Origin: Felis catus
Taxonomy: Eukaryota
Length of the DNA: 64,000 nt
Direction of reading: 5' to 3'
Assembly (NCBI RefSeq): GCF_018350175.1
Contig: NC_058383.1
Span: 2,294,001 to 2,358,000 of the forward strand
Shown here: positions 1 to 10,175 of the stretch, in pieces
How positions within the stretch are numbered: position 1 is the stretch's first letter
Layout: the number at the start of each line of letters is the position of its first letter
Made by a program: the position numbers and the translations under genes
Notes under the pieces: generated by a model
Database searches by the model: none
What the model was told of the DNA's origin: nothing
Seen by the model: the letters and a program-made list of their open reading frames with translations, nothing else

Positions 1-701
1 TAAGCGTTCTCCGCGAGGCCTGCTGGGCAAGGGCTGGGGCGGACGAGGGGCCTTGGCCGGCTGTCCACGCGGTGAGGGCAGAGAGGGTGGCGCCTGGCTT
101 TGCGGAGGACCGACCACCAGGCCCGAGCAGAGCTGAGGGGGCCAGAGGCCTGCGGCCACCCTCGTTCTCCAACCCCTTGCGGCCCGTCCGCCGTCCCTGG
201 CTCGAGCTGTGTCCGGCAAACAGCGCCCGAACCATCCGCTTCGTTCTGTCCCCTGCCAGCAGCTCACCGGGGCCAGCGAAACCCTCAGGAGCAGACGCGT
301 GGGCGCTCGTTAATGTGCGTTTTGGGGGTTTCCAGCCAGACGCCCGCCCCGGGCCCCTGCAGCCGGCCCTCGCTCGGTGTGCGTCTGTCCTCCTGCGGCA
401 GTCTGGTGTGGCTGCCCCGGGGCCTCCTGCCCGCACGCCTCCCGTGTCGCGCTCTGCTCCTGCCATCCGGCCAGCCTCAGCCTCGGGGACTCTGGGCGCC
501 GGCCGGGGCCCCCCTGCCCCTCCCTGAGGGGCTCCCCACCTTCCAGACCTCTCTCATCGGGGCGTTGCCCTTTCTTGCGGCTTTCTCCTTTCCGTGAAGG
601 CAGGTCCACGGTGGCCTCCTGCGCCCGGTGGCCGCGGCTGGCGGGGGGGCGGGGCGCAGGCGGGTGGGGGCGGGGCGGCTGACGGGCCGTCCCGCCCCCA
701 G

Positions 702-869
702 ATCTGAGCGAGGGCCCGGCGGGTGGCGCTCTGCTGGAGTACCTGCGCGACTGCACGGAGGCCTTCTTCCTGGGCTTGCAGGTCCGGTGCCTGCCCTCGG
801 TGGCGGCCGCGTCCATACACTGCTCCTCACGTCCCAGCCAGGACTCCGACAGGCTCCAGCTCCACACGG
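702..869 (+). CDS. AMZ1: AMZ1 internal coding exon (168 nt, phase 1-1; probably exon 3 in human numbering)
   Basis: Acceptor cccccag|AT and donor G|gtgggt. Translates (D)LSEGPAGGALLEYLRDCTEAFFLGLQVRCLPSVAAASIHCSSRPSQDSDRLQLHT(D), matching archaemetzincin-1, and is in frame with the next exon. Confidence 0.93.
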
Positions 870-1500
870 GTGGGTGATGGGCGCGGGGGGGGGGGAGGGC
901 GCGGGCCCTTTCCACGAGGCAGAAGGCGGGTGGAAGGAATCCTCGCCCCGTTTCTTTGAGGGGGGGAACCTCTATTCCCCAGGCTTTTGAAGAGCAGGGC
1001 TAAAACCAGCCTCCTTCCCCGTCTGGAGGCCAGACGACCCTCCCAGCGTGCGCTGGAGACCCCAGGGCATGACGGGTGGGGGAGGCAAGCCCTTCTCGGG
1101 CGCCTGCCGCCTTGTAAGGCACCCCTGTAGACTTTTGTCCTGCACGTGTCCAGCCCCCACCAGCCCCCAGGTCACTGGCAGCTGGAGAGCGGGCGGGTCG
1201 CGGGGCACAGATGGGCCTTAGGCGCTCAGATGTGCGGGGCACCCGGACTCCGGTCTAGGGAGGCCCCAGGAGCAGGCTGGGCACTTTGGATGGCGCTGGG
1301 GCTGGAGGGCCCAGTGTCTCAGCCGTGGTGGGAAACCCCTCCGGCCCCTCCTCCGGCTCCACGCAGGGCCCCCCTGCTCCGCCTCTGTGCCTTTTCTCTC
1401 CTTGGGCTGTGAAGCCCGTACATCGAGTTCCTAATTTTAGTTCTCCCCTTTCCATTTCTGCCGTTTCTGGTGGGTTCTTTCTCAAATCGGCAATATATAT

Positions 1501-1712
1501 ATTTTTTTAACGTTTCTTATTTTTATTTTTTGAGAGAACAGGTGCGCACCAGTGGGGGAGGGGCAGAGAGAGGGGGACAGAGGATCTGAAGTGGGCTCTA
1601 CACTGACAGGCTGCCCACCCCGAGCCCCACGCGGGGCTCGAACTCACGAACCGTGAGATCATGACCTGAGCCGACGTCAGACGCTCAACCGAGGGAGCCA
1701 CCCAGGTGCCCC
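1501..1712 (-). mobile_element. CanSINE in AMZ1 intron
   Basis: Poly-T, GA-rich segment, tRNA-like head ending ...gagccacccaggtgcccc. Confidence 0.93.
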
Positions 1713-2720
1713 CAGCAGTGTCACTTCTTAAAAATACCAGTTTCCCGCTAAGATTTAAGTTCGGTATGGATGGCCACAAACACAGGTGCTTTTCGGTTCC
1801 GCCGTCTGGCGCGTGCTGGTGGCCTACTCGTGGTCTTTCTGTTCATTCTGTCTTGGTATTTTCTCTCGTTAGCTGGACATACTACTTGGAAACTTAGTTT
1901 ACCTTTTTGGAGATCTAGTGGCCTGGGGTGATGTGATTCGTGCTGGGTTCGTGCCGGGGGCGGGGCTCGCTTTTCCTCTGCCAGGCCCCTGTGGGTACAC
2001 AGCTTTTCTGGGCCGTCCGTGGTCCTGGGAGCGGGGTCTGCCACCCTCCCTCGTCTCTGAAGGGGCCCAGTCTTAGCTAGTCTGCTTCAGTTCTCTCCTT
2101 GGATCCAAGTTCTCATCAGGTTTCGGATTTTTTTTTTTTAAATCCTGTTTACTGAGGCATAATTCACATGCACTGACATTCTCTGTTTTGCGTGTAATGG
2201 CCCTGTGAGCCTGGACGAGCACCCCCGTGACCCAGTTGGCATTGTCATCAGACTTAGCTTGTTTTGCCTCCCAAGACGCGCTTGGTCCCCTGTGGCCAAC
2301 TCCGCTCCCACCTCGGATGCTTTAAGAAGCCGTGTTTTGTATTTCACTCAGCTTCTCTGGTTTATCTTCGGCGGGAGGGCTGGTCTCAATCCCCAGCGCG
2401 CGTGACGAGTTGCTGGCACTGAGTTTTCAGGGTTGACAGGGAGCTCTTGGCTGGGACAGGTGTCATTCTAATGGTAGCATGTCCCTTTCTGTGTCCCAGG
2501 CTGCAAGTTCGTCACTCTGAGACGCTCTCCTGGCCATGGACCTTCCTGGCCCTGCCTTTGTCCCCTGCCTTCAGGACACTGTCCTGCTGCAGGCGTGGTC
2601 CCCGAGCCCTGTGTCTCTGTCGACCCACCACAGCACCTTCAGACCTCTCTGACCCTCTGCCTCTTCTTTCTGGGGACCCTAATGATTGCACTGAGCCCTG
2701 TGGCTCCTCTGTCCCCACAG

Positions 2721-2849
2721 ACGGGATCCTGTCTTTCCTGAAGAGCAGCAAGCCGGGCGACGCGCTGTGCGTGCTGGGCCTCACGCTGTCTGACCTGTAC
2801 CCCTGCGAGGCCTGGAGCTTCACGTTCGGCAAGTTCCTGCCAGGGCACG
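2721..2849 (+). CDS. AMZ1: AMZ1 coding exon (129 nt)
   Basis: Acceptor ccccacag|AC and donor G|gtgagc. Encodes DGILSFLKSSKPGDALCVLGLTLSDLYPCEAWSFTFGKFLPGH. Confidence 0.96.
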
Positions 2850-3102
2850 GTGAGCCTCCGCCCCGGCAGCCCCCACCTCGGCCGAGCTTGCGGGGCCCGT
2901 CCCGGGGAAGACGATGGGAGCACGCGGACGGAAACCGCTGCCCCCGAACGCGCGGCCGTGCCCTTCCTGCTCAGCCCTGGGCTGCTGCCGGGGGGCCGGC
3001 CTGCGGGAGCCGTGCGTCCTGAGGGGTGGGGTGGGGGGGGCTCTGCTCCTGCGCCCCCGGGTGAGGTGACCCGCGAGCCCGTGTGTCTCCACCTCTCCCC
3101 AG

Positions 3103-3272
3103 AAGTGGGCGTTTGCAGCTTTGCCCGTTTCTCGGGGGAGCTCCTGCAGCCGGGGCCTGGCACCTCGGAGGCAGCCCCGGTCCAGGCGGCAGCCGAAGGC
3201 CCTGAGACACCAGTGCAGGACCCAGGCCAGACACTGTGCTTCAGCGCCCTGGGGCTGGCCCAGTGCTGCAAG
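3103..3272 (+). CDS. AMZ1: AMZ1 coding exon (170 nt)
   Basis: Acceptor ctccccag|AA and donor AAG|gtgggc. Encodes EVGVCSFARFSGE...LCFSALGLAQCCK. Confidence 0.96.
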
Positions 3273-3439
3273 GTGGGCGTGGAGGCCAGGGTGTGGGGGT
3301 CACCGCACAGGTGGAGGGAGGAAGTGGGCAGAAGCACTGGGGGCTCTGGCCGGTTCGGGGAATGTGCCAAGGATGTGCGATCAGACACGGGGGTGTGAGC
3401 AGGCAGCCGCTGAGTCCCCTGTCCCGCCCTCACCGGGAC

Positions 3440-3555
3440 CACCCTGCTTCCCTGTAGAGAGCGTAGGAACGAAGGCCGAGCTGCCAAGACCTTTGCCTAA
3501 GGTCACTCGGCTGGGCAGCGGCAGAGATTCGAACCCGTGTCTGTCTGATGCCCCA
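3440..3555. mobile_element. MIR relic in AMZ1 intron
   Basis: ttgcctaaggtcactcggctgggcagcggcagagattcgaaccc resembles the MIR core. Confidence 0.6.
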
Positions 3556-3688
3556 GGGCCATCCGTCTGTGCCCCGTGCGGTCAGGACCGGGACGCGGAG
3601 GGCTGATGGACCGCTTCCCGGTGGCCTAGGCCCCTCTGGGGCGTCCCGGGGATCGGCTGCAAGGTCAGTGGCGGGCCTTCCCCCGCAG

Positions 3689-3865
3689 GTCACCTGCCAC
3701 GAGCTCTGTCACCTGCTGGGCCTGGGGAGCTGCCGCTGGCTGGGCTGCATCATGCAGGGGGCGCTCAGCCTGGAGGAGGCCCTGCGGCGGCCCCTGGACC
3801 TCTGTCCCATATGTCTGCGGAAGCTGCAGCACGTCCTGGGCTTCAAGCTCATCGACAGGTACAAG
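3689..3865 (+). CDS. AMZ1: AMZ1 coding exon (177 nt) with the metzincin zinc-binding motif and Cys4 zinc finger
   Basis: Acceptor ccccgcag|GT and donor AAG|gtgagc. Encodes VTCHELCHLLGLGSCRWLGCIMQGALSLEEALRRPLDLCPICLRKLQHVLGFKLIDRYK (HExxHxxG, then C-x4-C-x-M...CxxC, the archaemetzincin signature). Confidence 0.97.
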
Positions 3866-3999
3866 GTGAGCGGCTCTGAGGGGGGGGCCCCCGGGGCAGG
3901 GACCGCAGCAGGCCAGCGCCTGGGCTGGGGCCCCGCGCGGGAGTCCGAGAGCAGAGGATAGTTGGGTCCCGGGTGTGAGAACCCCAGGGGAGCAGACGG

Positions 4000-6050
4000 A
4001 CCCGCGTGCCTGCCGGTCGGCACCTTCCTGCTCTGCTGGGCAGTGTGTGGCGCCCGAGCCTGGCCCGTGGCGCGCACCCAGCAACGGTGGCCGTGGCCGT
4101 CGGGGCGCAGGGGGGACAAAGGGTGGACGGCTCTCCTCAGGCAAAGATGGGAAATACCAGCTCTGAACGGTGGGTGGGTGCTGGGCGCGCCCACCACGCC
4201 ACCCCTGCGTCGGCCGGGGCCGCCGGCTCCGGTGGTTGGGGTCCGCGCGGGAGGAGACCCGAGCGGGCCTGGCAGGGGGCGGCGGCACTCTGGACGCGCG
4301 GTCCTCTCCTGCCCTGCCCGGTTTGGGGCGAGCCGCGGGCGCTGCTGCCCTCTGCTGTCGGCCGGGGGCGCGGCGCGGGGCCTGTGGGCGGAGCCTCCGC
4401 GGCGGGAAGCCTGCTCGGCGGACTCCGACTTGATTCTGAGTTCAGCCTCCAGAGGCCGGCGGTGTTTATCAAGGCCTCTCCACCGAAGAGCTTTGGCTTA
4501 ATTTTAAAACCAAAAGTTTTAAGCCAGAAGCTGTTTGCGGTTCTGGGAAAAACCCCGGAGGCAGGCAGCCCGGGCCGCGACGGGGTGGCTGGCGGGGGAG
4601 CGGGGTGCAAACGCTCCGGGGAGGTTGGGGGGGGGGGGGTGTGCTTCGTGGCCAGGCAGCCCCTGGACGGGGAGGGCCTGCGTGTGTCACAGGCTCCCAG
4701 GGGTGCTGCGGCTCGGGGACCCCGCTTTGGAGGACCCCCAAGCTGCCCCCAGGAAGTGGCCTGCCCGCCTGGAGCGGGGAGCCCACAGGCAGCCCCGCTG
4801 AGGGTCCTCGCGGCGGTGGGGCGGGGCGAGCGTGCTGCCAGGGCGGCGACGGCCAGGCGAAGGGAGACTCGGCTCTGGCGGTAGCTCGGCGCTCGGCACA
4901 CGCGTCCTTCCGGGGCTTGGTCATTGGGCACAACCTTCCGCGGCTTCCACCCCGGAGCTGCTGTGCCCTGGGTGGCGCCTCCCCTGCGAGTTGGTGGAGG
5001 AGGACGGGGCCGCGGGGACAGCTCCCGGGGACTCTCTGGGAGGTGACCTGGGGGTGGGAGAGGGGCCGGCCGGGAGCGCTCTGTGCCGGTGCACGCCTGC
5101 TGGGGACAGAGGCGTGGGCCGTAGTGGTGGTGTCTCCCGTCCTAGCACACGAATGGGGGGGGAGTGGGGGGCGCATCCGCCAGGGCGGAAGCCAGGGTAC
5201 AACGAAGTAGAAATGGACAAAGTGAGGAGTTCTGGGTGTTTATTGTTGTGAAGGCAGCCTGAGGTCAAGTGCACACTCGGTAGAATTTAACTGCTCCGGA
5301 GCTGGCCCCACACGGCGCTTGGCGGGCACGGGGGCCGGCAGCGCGCGGACAAGGTGAGGGATGGGGCCCAGGACACCCAGCCCGTGTCTCTCCCTCACAG
5401 AGACTTTACGCCTGGACTCGAGCCGGGTCGCGGCCCGACGCGGATGCAGGGGCGCCGTCCGCCTCGGAGGAGACTCCGCCCTGCAGCGCCGACTCGGGCC
5501 TGAGCTGCGACAGCGGGTCGGAGCCCCTGACCCCCGACACGTGGAGCCACACCTTCTCCGCGGGCCCCGAGCCGGAGCCCGAGGAGGGGCTGGGCTCCCC
5601 GGCCGCCCCGGACAGCCCGGCTGGGTGCGGCCCCGCCGTGGACGCCATCAGGGAGCACGGACGGTGGCTGGAGCGCTGCATCCGGGCCCTGGAGCGGGAG
5701 GTGACGGAGGAGGAGCTGGCGCAGGTGGATGGCGCCGTGGAGGCCCTGGCGGGGTGGGAGATGTTCACGGGGCGGCTCCCGGCCCCCAGGCAGGACCCGC
5801 CCTGCGGCCGAGACGGCTCGGGGCTGCGCCGGGTCCTGGGCGACACGTTCTCCTCCCTGAGGAGGAAGCTGAGCGCGCGCAAGCTGTCCAAGGCGGGCTC
5901 GTCCCCCGGCCGCTGGCGGGAGGAGGGGAATTAGACGGGGGCCCACCGCCCGGCGCTGGCGCCCGGAGGGGAACATCGCGTGGGGCCCCGCGTCCTGCCC
6001 CCTCACCCCGGCCCCTGCGGAGGGTCCTCGGGCCCAGCCTGGATGGCGGC
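4000..6050. promoter_or_regulatory. CpG-island-like region over AMZ1 last intron and last exon
   Basis: Very high GC content and dense CpG (e.g. 4200-4420, 4800-4900, 5420-5990), judged by eye and not computed. Confidence 0.6.
5401..5934 (+). CDS. AMZ1: AMZ1 last coding exon (177 codons plus TAG)
   Basis: Acceptor tccctcacag|AGA. Open frame RLYAWTRAG...DAIREHGRWLERCIRALEREV...FSSLRRKLSARKLSKAGSSPGRWREEGN, stop TAG at 5932-5934. Confidence 0.95.
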   Translation, partial: RLYAWTRAGSRPDADAGAPSASEETPPCSADSGLSCDSGSEPLTPDTWSHTFSAGPEPEPEEGLGSPAAPDSPAGCGPAVDAIREHGRWLERCIRALEREVTEEELAQVDGAVEALAGWEMFTGRLPAPRQDPPCGRDGSGLRRVLGDTFSSLRRKLSARKLSKAGSSPGRWREEGN

Positions 6051-7419
6051 TTCCTGGGCCTGGGGCCCAACCCGTGTGCCCATCTCCACCCCCAGAGCGG
6101 GGCCTTCTCACACTCACGGCTTTCCTGTCCTCAGGCCTTCACGCTGTGTCCCCGACACCACCTCTGCCTGCTGTCACCCTTGGTGTTCTGACAAAAGGGG
6201 CCTGTGGCGTTGACAACTCGTTCTAACAAGTGTTGAGGCCGTGGGGGGCCGGCTGCCCCGGGGGGTCAACTGTCCCCGTTTACTTCTGTCAAACTTTGCT
6301 TCCCGCATCTGAAATCCTTCCGTGTGCTCCCATGTCTGCCGGCACCGGCTTCACTAGCAGGGGGCCCCTGGGCCTGCGGCGAGAGAAACCTCTGGTTGCA
6401 ACAGCCGAGGAGCATGGTCACCTGGAAGGAGGCAAGCAAGGGGGTGGCTCTGAAACGTGGGGGGCTAACAAAAACCGTGTAAAATACGAAACACAATGCA
6501 GGTTGCAGAGTATTCGCCCCCCCCCCCCCCCGCCCTGCCCCAAGCAAACAGGGTGGAAGGTTCCTTGTAATTGGGCACCAGGCTAGGCTGTGGGATCCCA
6601 GACCCCAAAAGGCCCAGCATAGATATGGCCCCAGGACTTGGTTGTGGCTTCTGGGAGGCATCGCTGGGACCTGGAGGGAACTGATGGAAAGCGGGGAGAA
6701 GATGAACAGCCAGGTGGGCAGAAGGGGGGCCCAGGACCTGAGGGAGACCCAGGACCTGAGGGAGACCAGTCCGGGGCTGTCGCTGTGAGCATGCACCCCC
6801 CCACCCCCCAACTTTAGTGCCTTAAAGCCCCAACCCTGTGCTTTGAGCTCAGGACTTTGCAGTGGGGACAGAGCCTGGGGGAAGGCAGGTCCCTGGGCCT
6901 GGCTGCGGGGTCTGCCGGGAGGCCCCCAGAGCATCACCCTCACTGTACCCCAGCTCCTGGGTCCTACCTTTGAAGGGTGGTGGCAAGGTCCGGAAGACCA
7001 TGGGGGATGGGATCACCTCCTCCGCGTATGACCTAGCTTCCCGGTCCCTTCCGTCTTCTGCCAAAGGTCTGTCTCCAGACCGATGGACTCGGGGAGCTGG
7101 GGGCCTCAGGGGCTCAGCATGTGCCATGGGGGTGACGGCTGCGGGCGGGAACGTGGGGAGAATAAAACTTGGAGGCACCGAGACCAGAGGTCCTTCCTAC
7201 ATCAAGTACCACTGCAGCGGGGGGTGGAGAGCGGTTGGAGACGGTCCCCAGGGGAGGCGGCTCCGGCGGAGGTCGTAATGAACGCCATCTGCTCGGGCAG
7301 AGTCGCGGGTCACGAGCCCTGGCGCGGCCGAGCACCTCACCCGAGCTGACCCGCAGGAGCTACACACCAGGCTTCTGAGAAGCCAGGGCCTGGGCTGCTT
7401 TTTGTTTTTGTTTTTTTAA

Positions 7420-7425
7420 AATAAA
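7420..7425 (+). terminator. Candidate AMZ1 polyadenylation signal (AATAAA)
   Basis: AATAAA preceded by a T-rich tract about 1.5 kb after the stop. Alternative AATAAA hexamers lie at 7161, 8021 and 10332. Confidence 0.4.
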
Positions 7426-10069
7426 CACACCAAGTGGACTGTACTGCCTGGAAGGTCCGTATCAGTCTCAGGTCCCCGTGAGTCCCCAACATCCCTGCGG
7501 GCCCAGGCCAAGAGCGAGAAGGGAGCTAAAAATACTCTGGGGTCACGACATCATCTGCATTGCGGTTCCTGTGTGAGACGGGGCCAGGAACGCTGCCCGC
7601 ACCTTCCGAAGCAGCATTAACACATCAAAACTGTTCTAATGAAGCTGGAGGAAAGGCCTGGCCGTTTCTGGGCCCCTCCGCCCGAGCGCCTGCCACCCAC
7701 ACGCTGCCAGGGTCCGAGAGAGGGCTTGGGGGCCTGTTCGTAGGTTCTCCTGGGACGGCTGGTTCAGACCTTTCTGGGAAGAACAAAATTTCCAGAAGGG
7801 CTTAAAAATAACCCCCCAAACATGCCATGGCTCAGCCAAGCAGCCTAATGTTAAAGCTGAGTCCAAATTTAGATCCCATCAAGTTCAAGAGAGGCCACAC
7901 CCTTCCAGGGGTGCGTGCGCCCACATCCAAGGTCCGAGCATAGAGCCCCGACAGGCAGTGGGGGGGTGGGGTCGGCTGGAGTCAAATCCACCTGGGAAAG
8001 GACCCGCCAACCTTCCTACAAATAAACTGTGCAATCGAATGAGTCCTCCCAAGCCCCAGGGACTTTCTTACCTCCATCCTCCTCGATAACCCTGGCAAGA
8101 ATGCTGCCCTCCTCCGGAGACCTGGGCTTGGGGTCGGCCGGAGACTGCAAGGCTGCAGACCTGTATTCTGGCTCTTTCTTAGGAGCACACAGGTGAGTCC
8201 GAGGAGCAGGGTGGGGGGCAGCAGCCGCAGCACATTGGGCTGACTCCCTGCAGGTCTGGGCAGCCGCCTGGGTGGGTGACCAACACCCTGGGGTGAGTCG
8301 TCCCCAGCTGAACGGGAGCGTCCCTGGGAAAGCCAGGAGGCCTCACCAAGCAGCTCCCAAACTGGAGCTGGAAACCCTTCCGGGCCGGGCCTCAGAGGTC
8401 ACCTCTGCCAGGAGAGGCCCAACCAAGCCCGGAGACTCCTGATCACGGTGAGGCGGCTACACAGGTACAGGGAACTGGATTCAAGGACGCCCAGGGAAAG
8501 CGCAAACTTCCAGCCCTCAGAGACCCCGGCAGAGAAGGCGGACCCTCAGGGTCAGCTGGAGCACAGCTCACGCAGCCACCCGGTCCCAGCACAGCACGCA
8601 GCACCCTGATGCAGGAGGAGCCGGGATGACCCAGGTTTAGGTTTGAACTCGCTAGTGGCTACAGACGCAAAGGGAAACAAACCTGTCAGGGCTCTGTTTA
8701 AAAAAGCAATTTCCAAGAAAGGTCCTGGGGTCACTAGCGTTCCGTCCAATCCCAGCTATCCCGCCTGGTCATGACCAGGGCAACCCTCGACTCGCACGGC
8801 CGGGGCCACGTGCCTGCCACGGGCATGGTCCCGGGGGGATCCGTGACCCCGCCTCTGCTGGGACTCCGGGCACCCACCAAATTCCCTGGAAACATCATCG
8901 GCCGGGTTCCACGTCAGGACTCCACGGGGCTGCTGCCCACGCATCTCCGTCGGGACCCTTTTGTGGCCGTGCGTCACCTGTCCCCGGGGGCTCCTGCCAC
9001 GCTGACTGCTCCTGCTTCGCGGGCGCTGTCCCCTCCCTCCGGCCACTTCCTCGGCTGGCCACGGCACACACGGCTTCCTCCCAGGTGCCCGGGACACGCT
9101 TCATGGCACTGCTCCCCCATGTCTGTGAGTCCGGGTAAGGGGTGTCTCACTGGCCCGAGGTCAGCGGGGCCGGCCACGGAGCTGCGCGTTGCTCACCAGC
9201 TCGAAGCCGCCGCAGCACAAGCGGGCACACGCTCACCGGCCGCCACAGCTGGCCGACAAAGCAGAGGGCTCCCGGGGCGCTTGATTCCGTCTGAGGCCGA
9301 CGTCACTTTGATTTCCCACCTTCAGACTTGCAGCAACAGAAGCTGACCTCCTGGTTCTCGCCACACCGGGTCAGAGTGAGAGAGCTGTCAGCTGGACTGT
9401 TCGTGACCTTTCCTCGTGGACACGGCCTCCCACCGGGGGCCCGTCGGTGGGCCTGCTGCCTTCGTCCCTCGGCCCGCCCGTGGGGACGCTCCTGGGAGCT
9501 GCATGTGACAGGCGAGTCACGGAAGCCGGGGGGCCAGAGCTGGGACGCACGGGGTCGTAGGAGGAGAGCGAGAGCACCGTGTGGGGTCCTGAGCCTGCAG
9601 AAAGGAGGCGCCTAATGTCAAAGGCAGGAACACACCATCCTCCGTCCACTTGGCCTAAGTGTGCAAGCAGGAAAAATACAGGGAGGGACACACGGGCCTC
9701 AGCCACGTTCTACCTACATCCCTTGGGAGTGACCTGGGTGCTCCCCCCGAACACCCCACTGGAGACACTTCACCGAAGGTGGGACGGTGGCATCCTGGCT
9801 GGCACGCGGCAGCCCTAGCGGGACGGGAGGCGGAGGCCCCACAGCGCTACCTCTCGTTCACTCTGCCCTCGGGCCTGCCCTCCCCTGCTCCGGCTTCTCC
9901 CTGCAGGGCTCGGGAGGTGGAGCTCTGTCGTCTGGCACCAGCTTGTCATGGGTCCCGAGCCCTGCAGCCCATGGCCCCGTCCCCAGGAGCCCTCTCTCAA
10001 TGGCACCAAATTCGTCCAGATTACATCCGCTCCAGTCACAACCAGATTAAACTGCTTGATGGGCACTGT

Positions 10070-10175
10070 ATTTTTTTTTTTAAAGATTTTGTATTTAAGC
10101 AGTCTCCTTGCCCAGCGTGGGCCTGGAACTCCCAACCCCCAAGAGTGGTGTTCTCGACTAAGCCAGCCAGGTGCC
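10070..10175 (-). mobile_element. Short, older-type CanSINE
   Basis: Poly-T, aaagatttt, head ...gactaagccagccaggtgcc. Confidence 0.75.

Noticed and set aside
6730..6767. 18-bp tandem duplication in the AMZ1 3' region (a 14-bp one also occurs at 24841-24868)
   Set aside because: Ordinary two-copy slippage duplications; not a repeat-spacer array.
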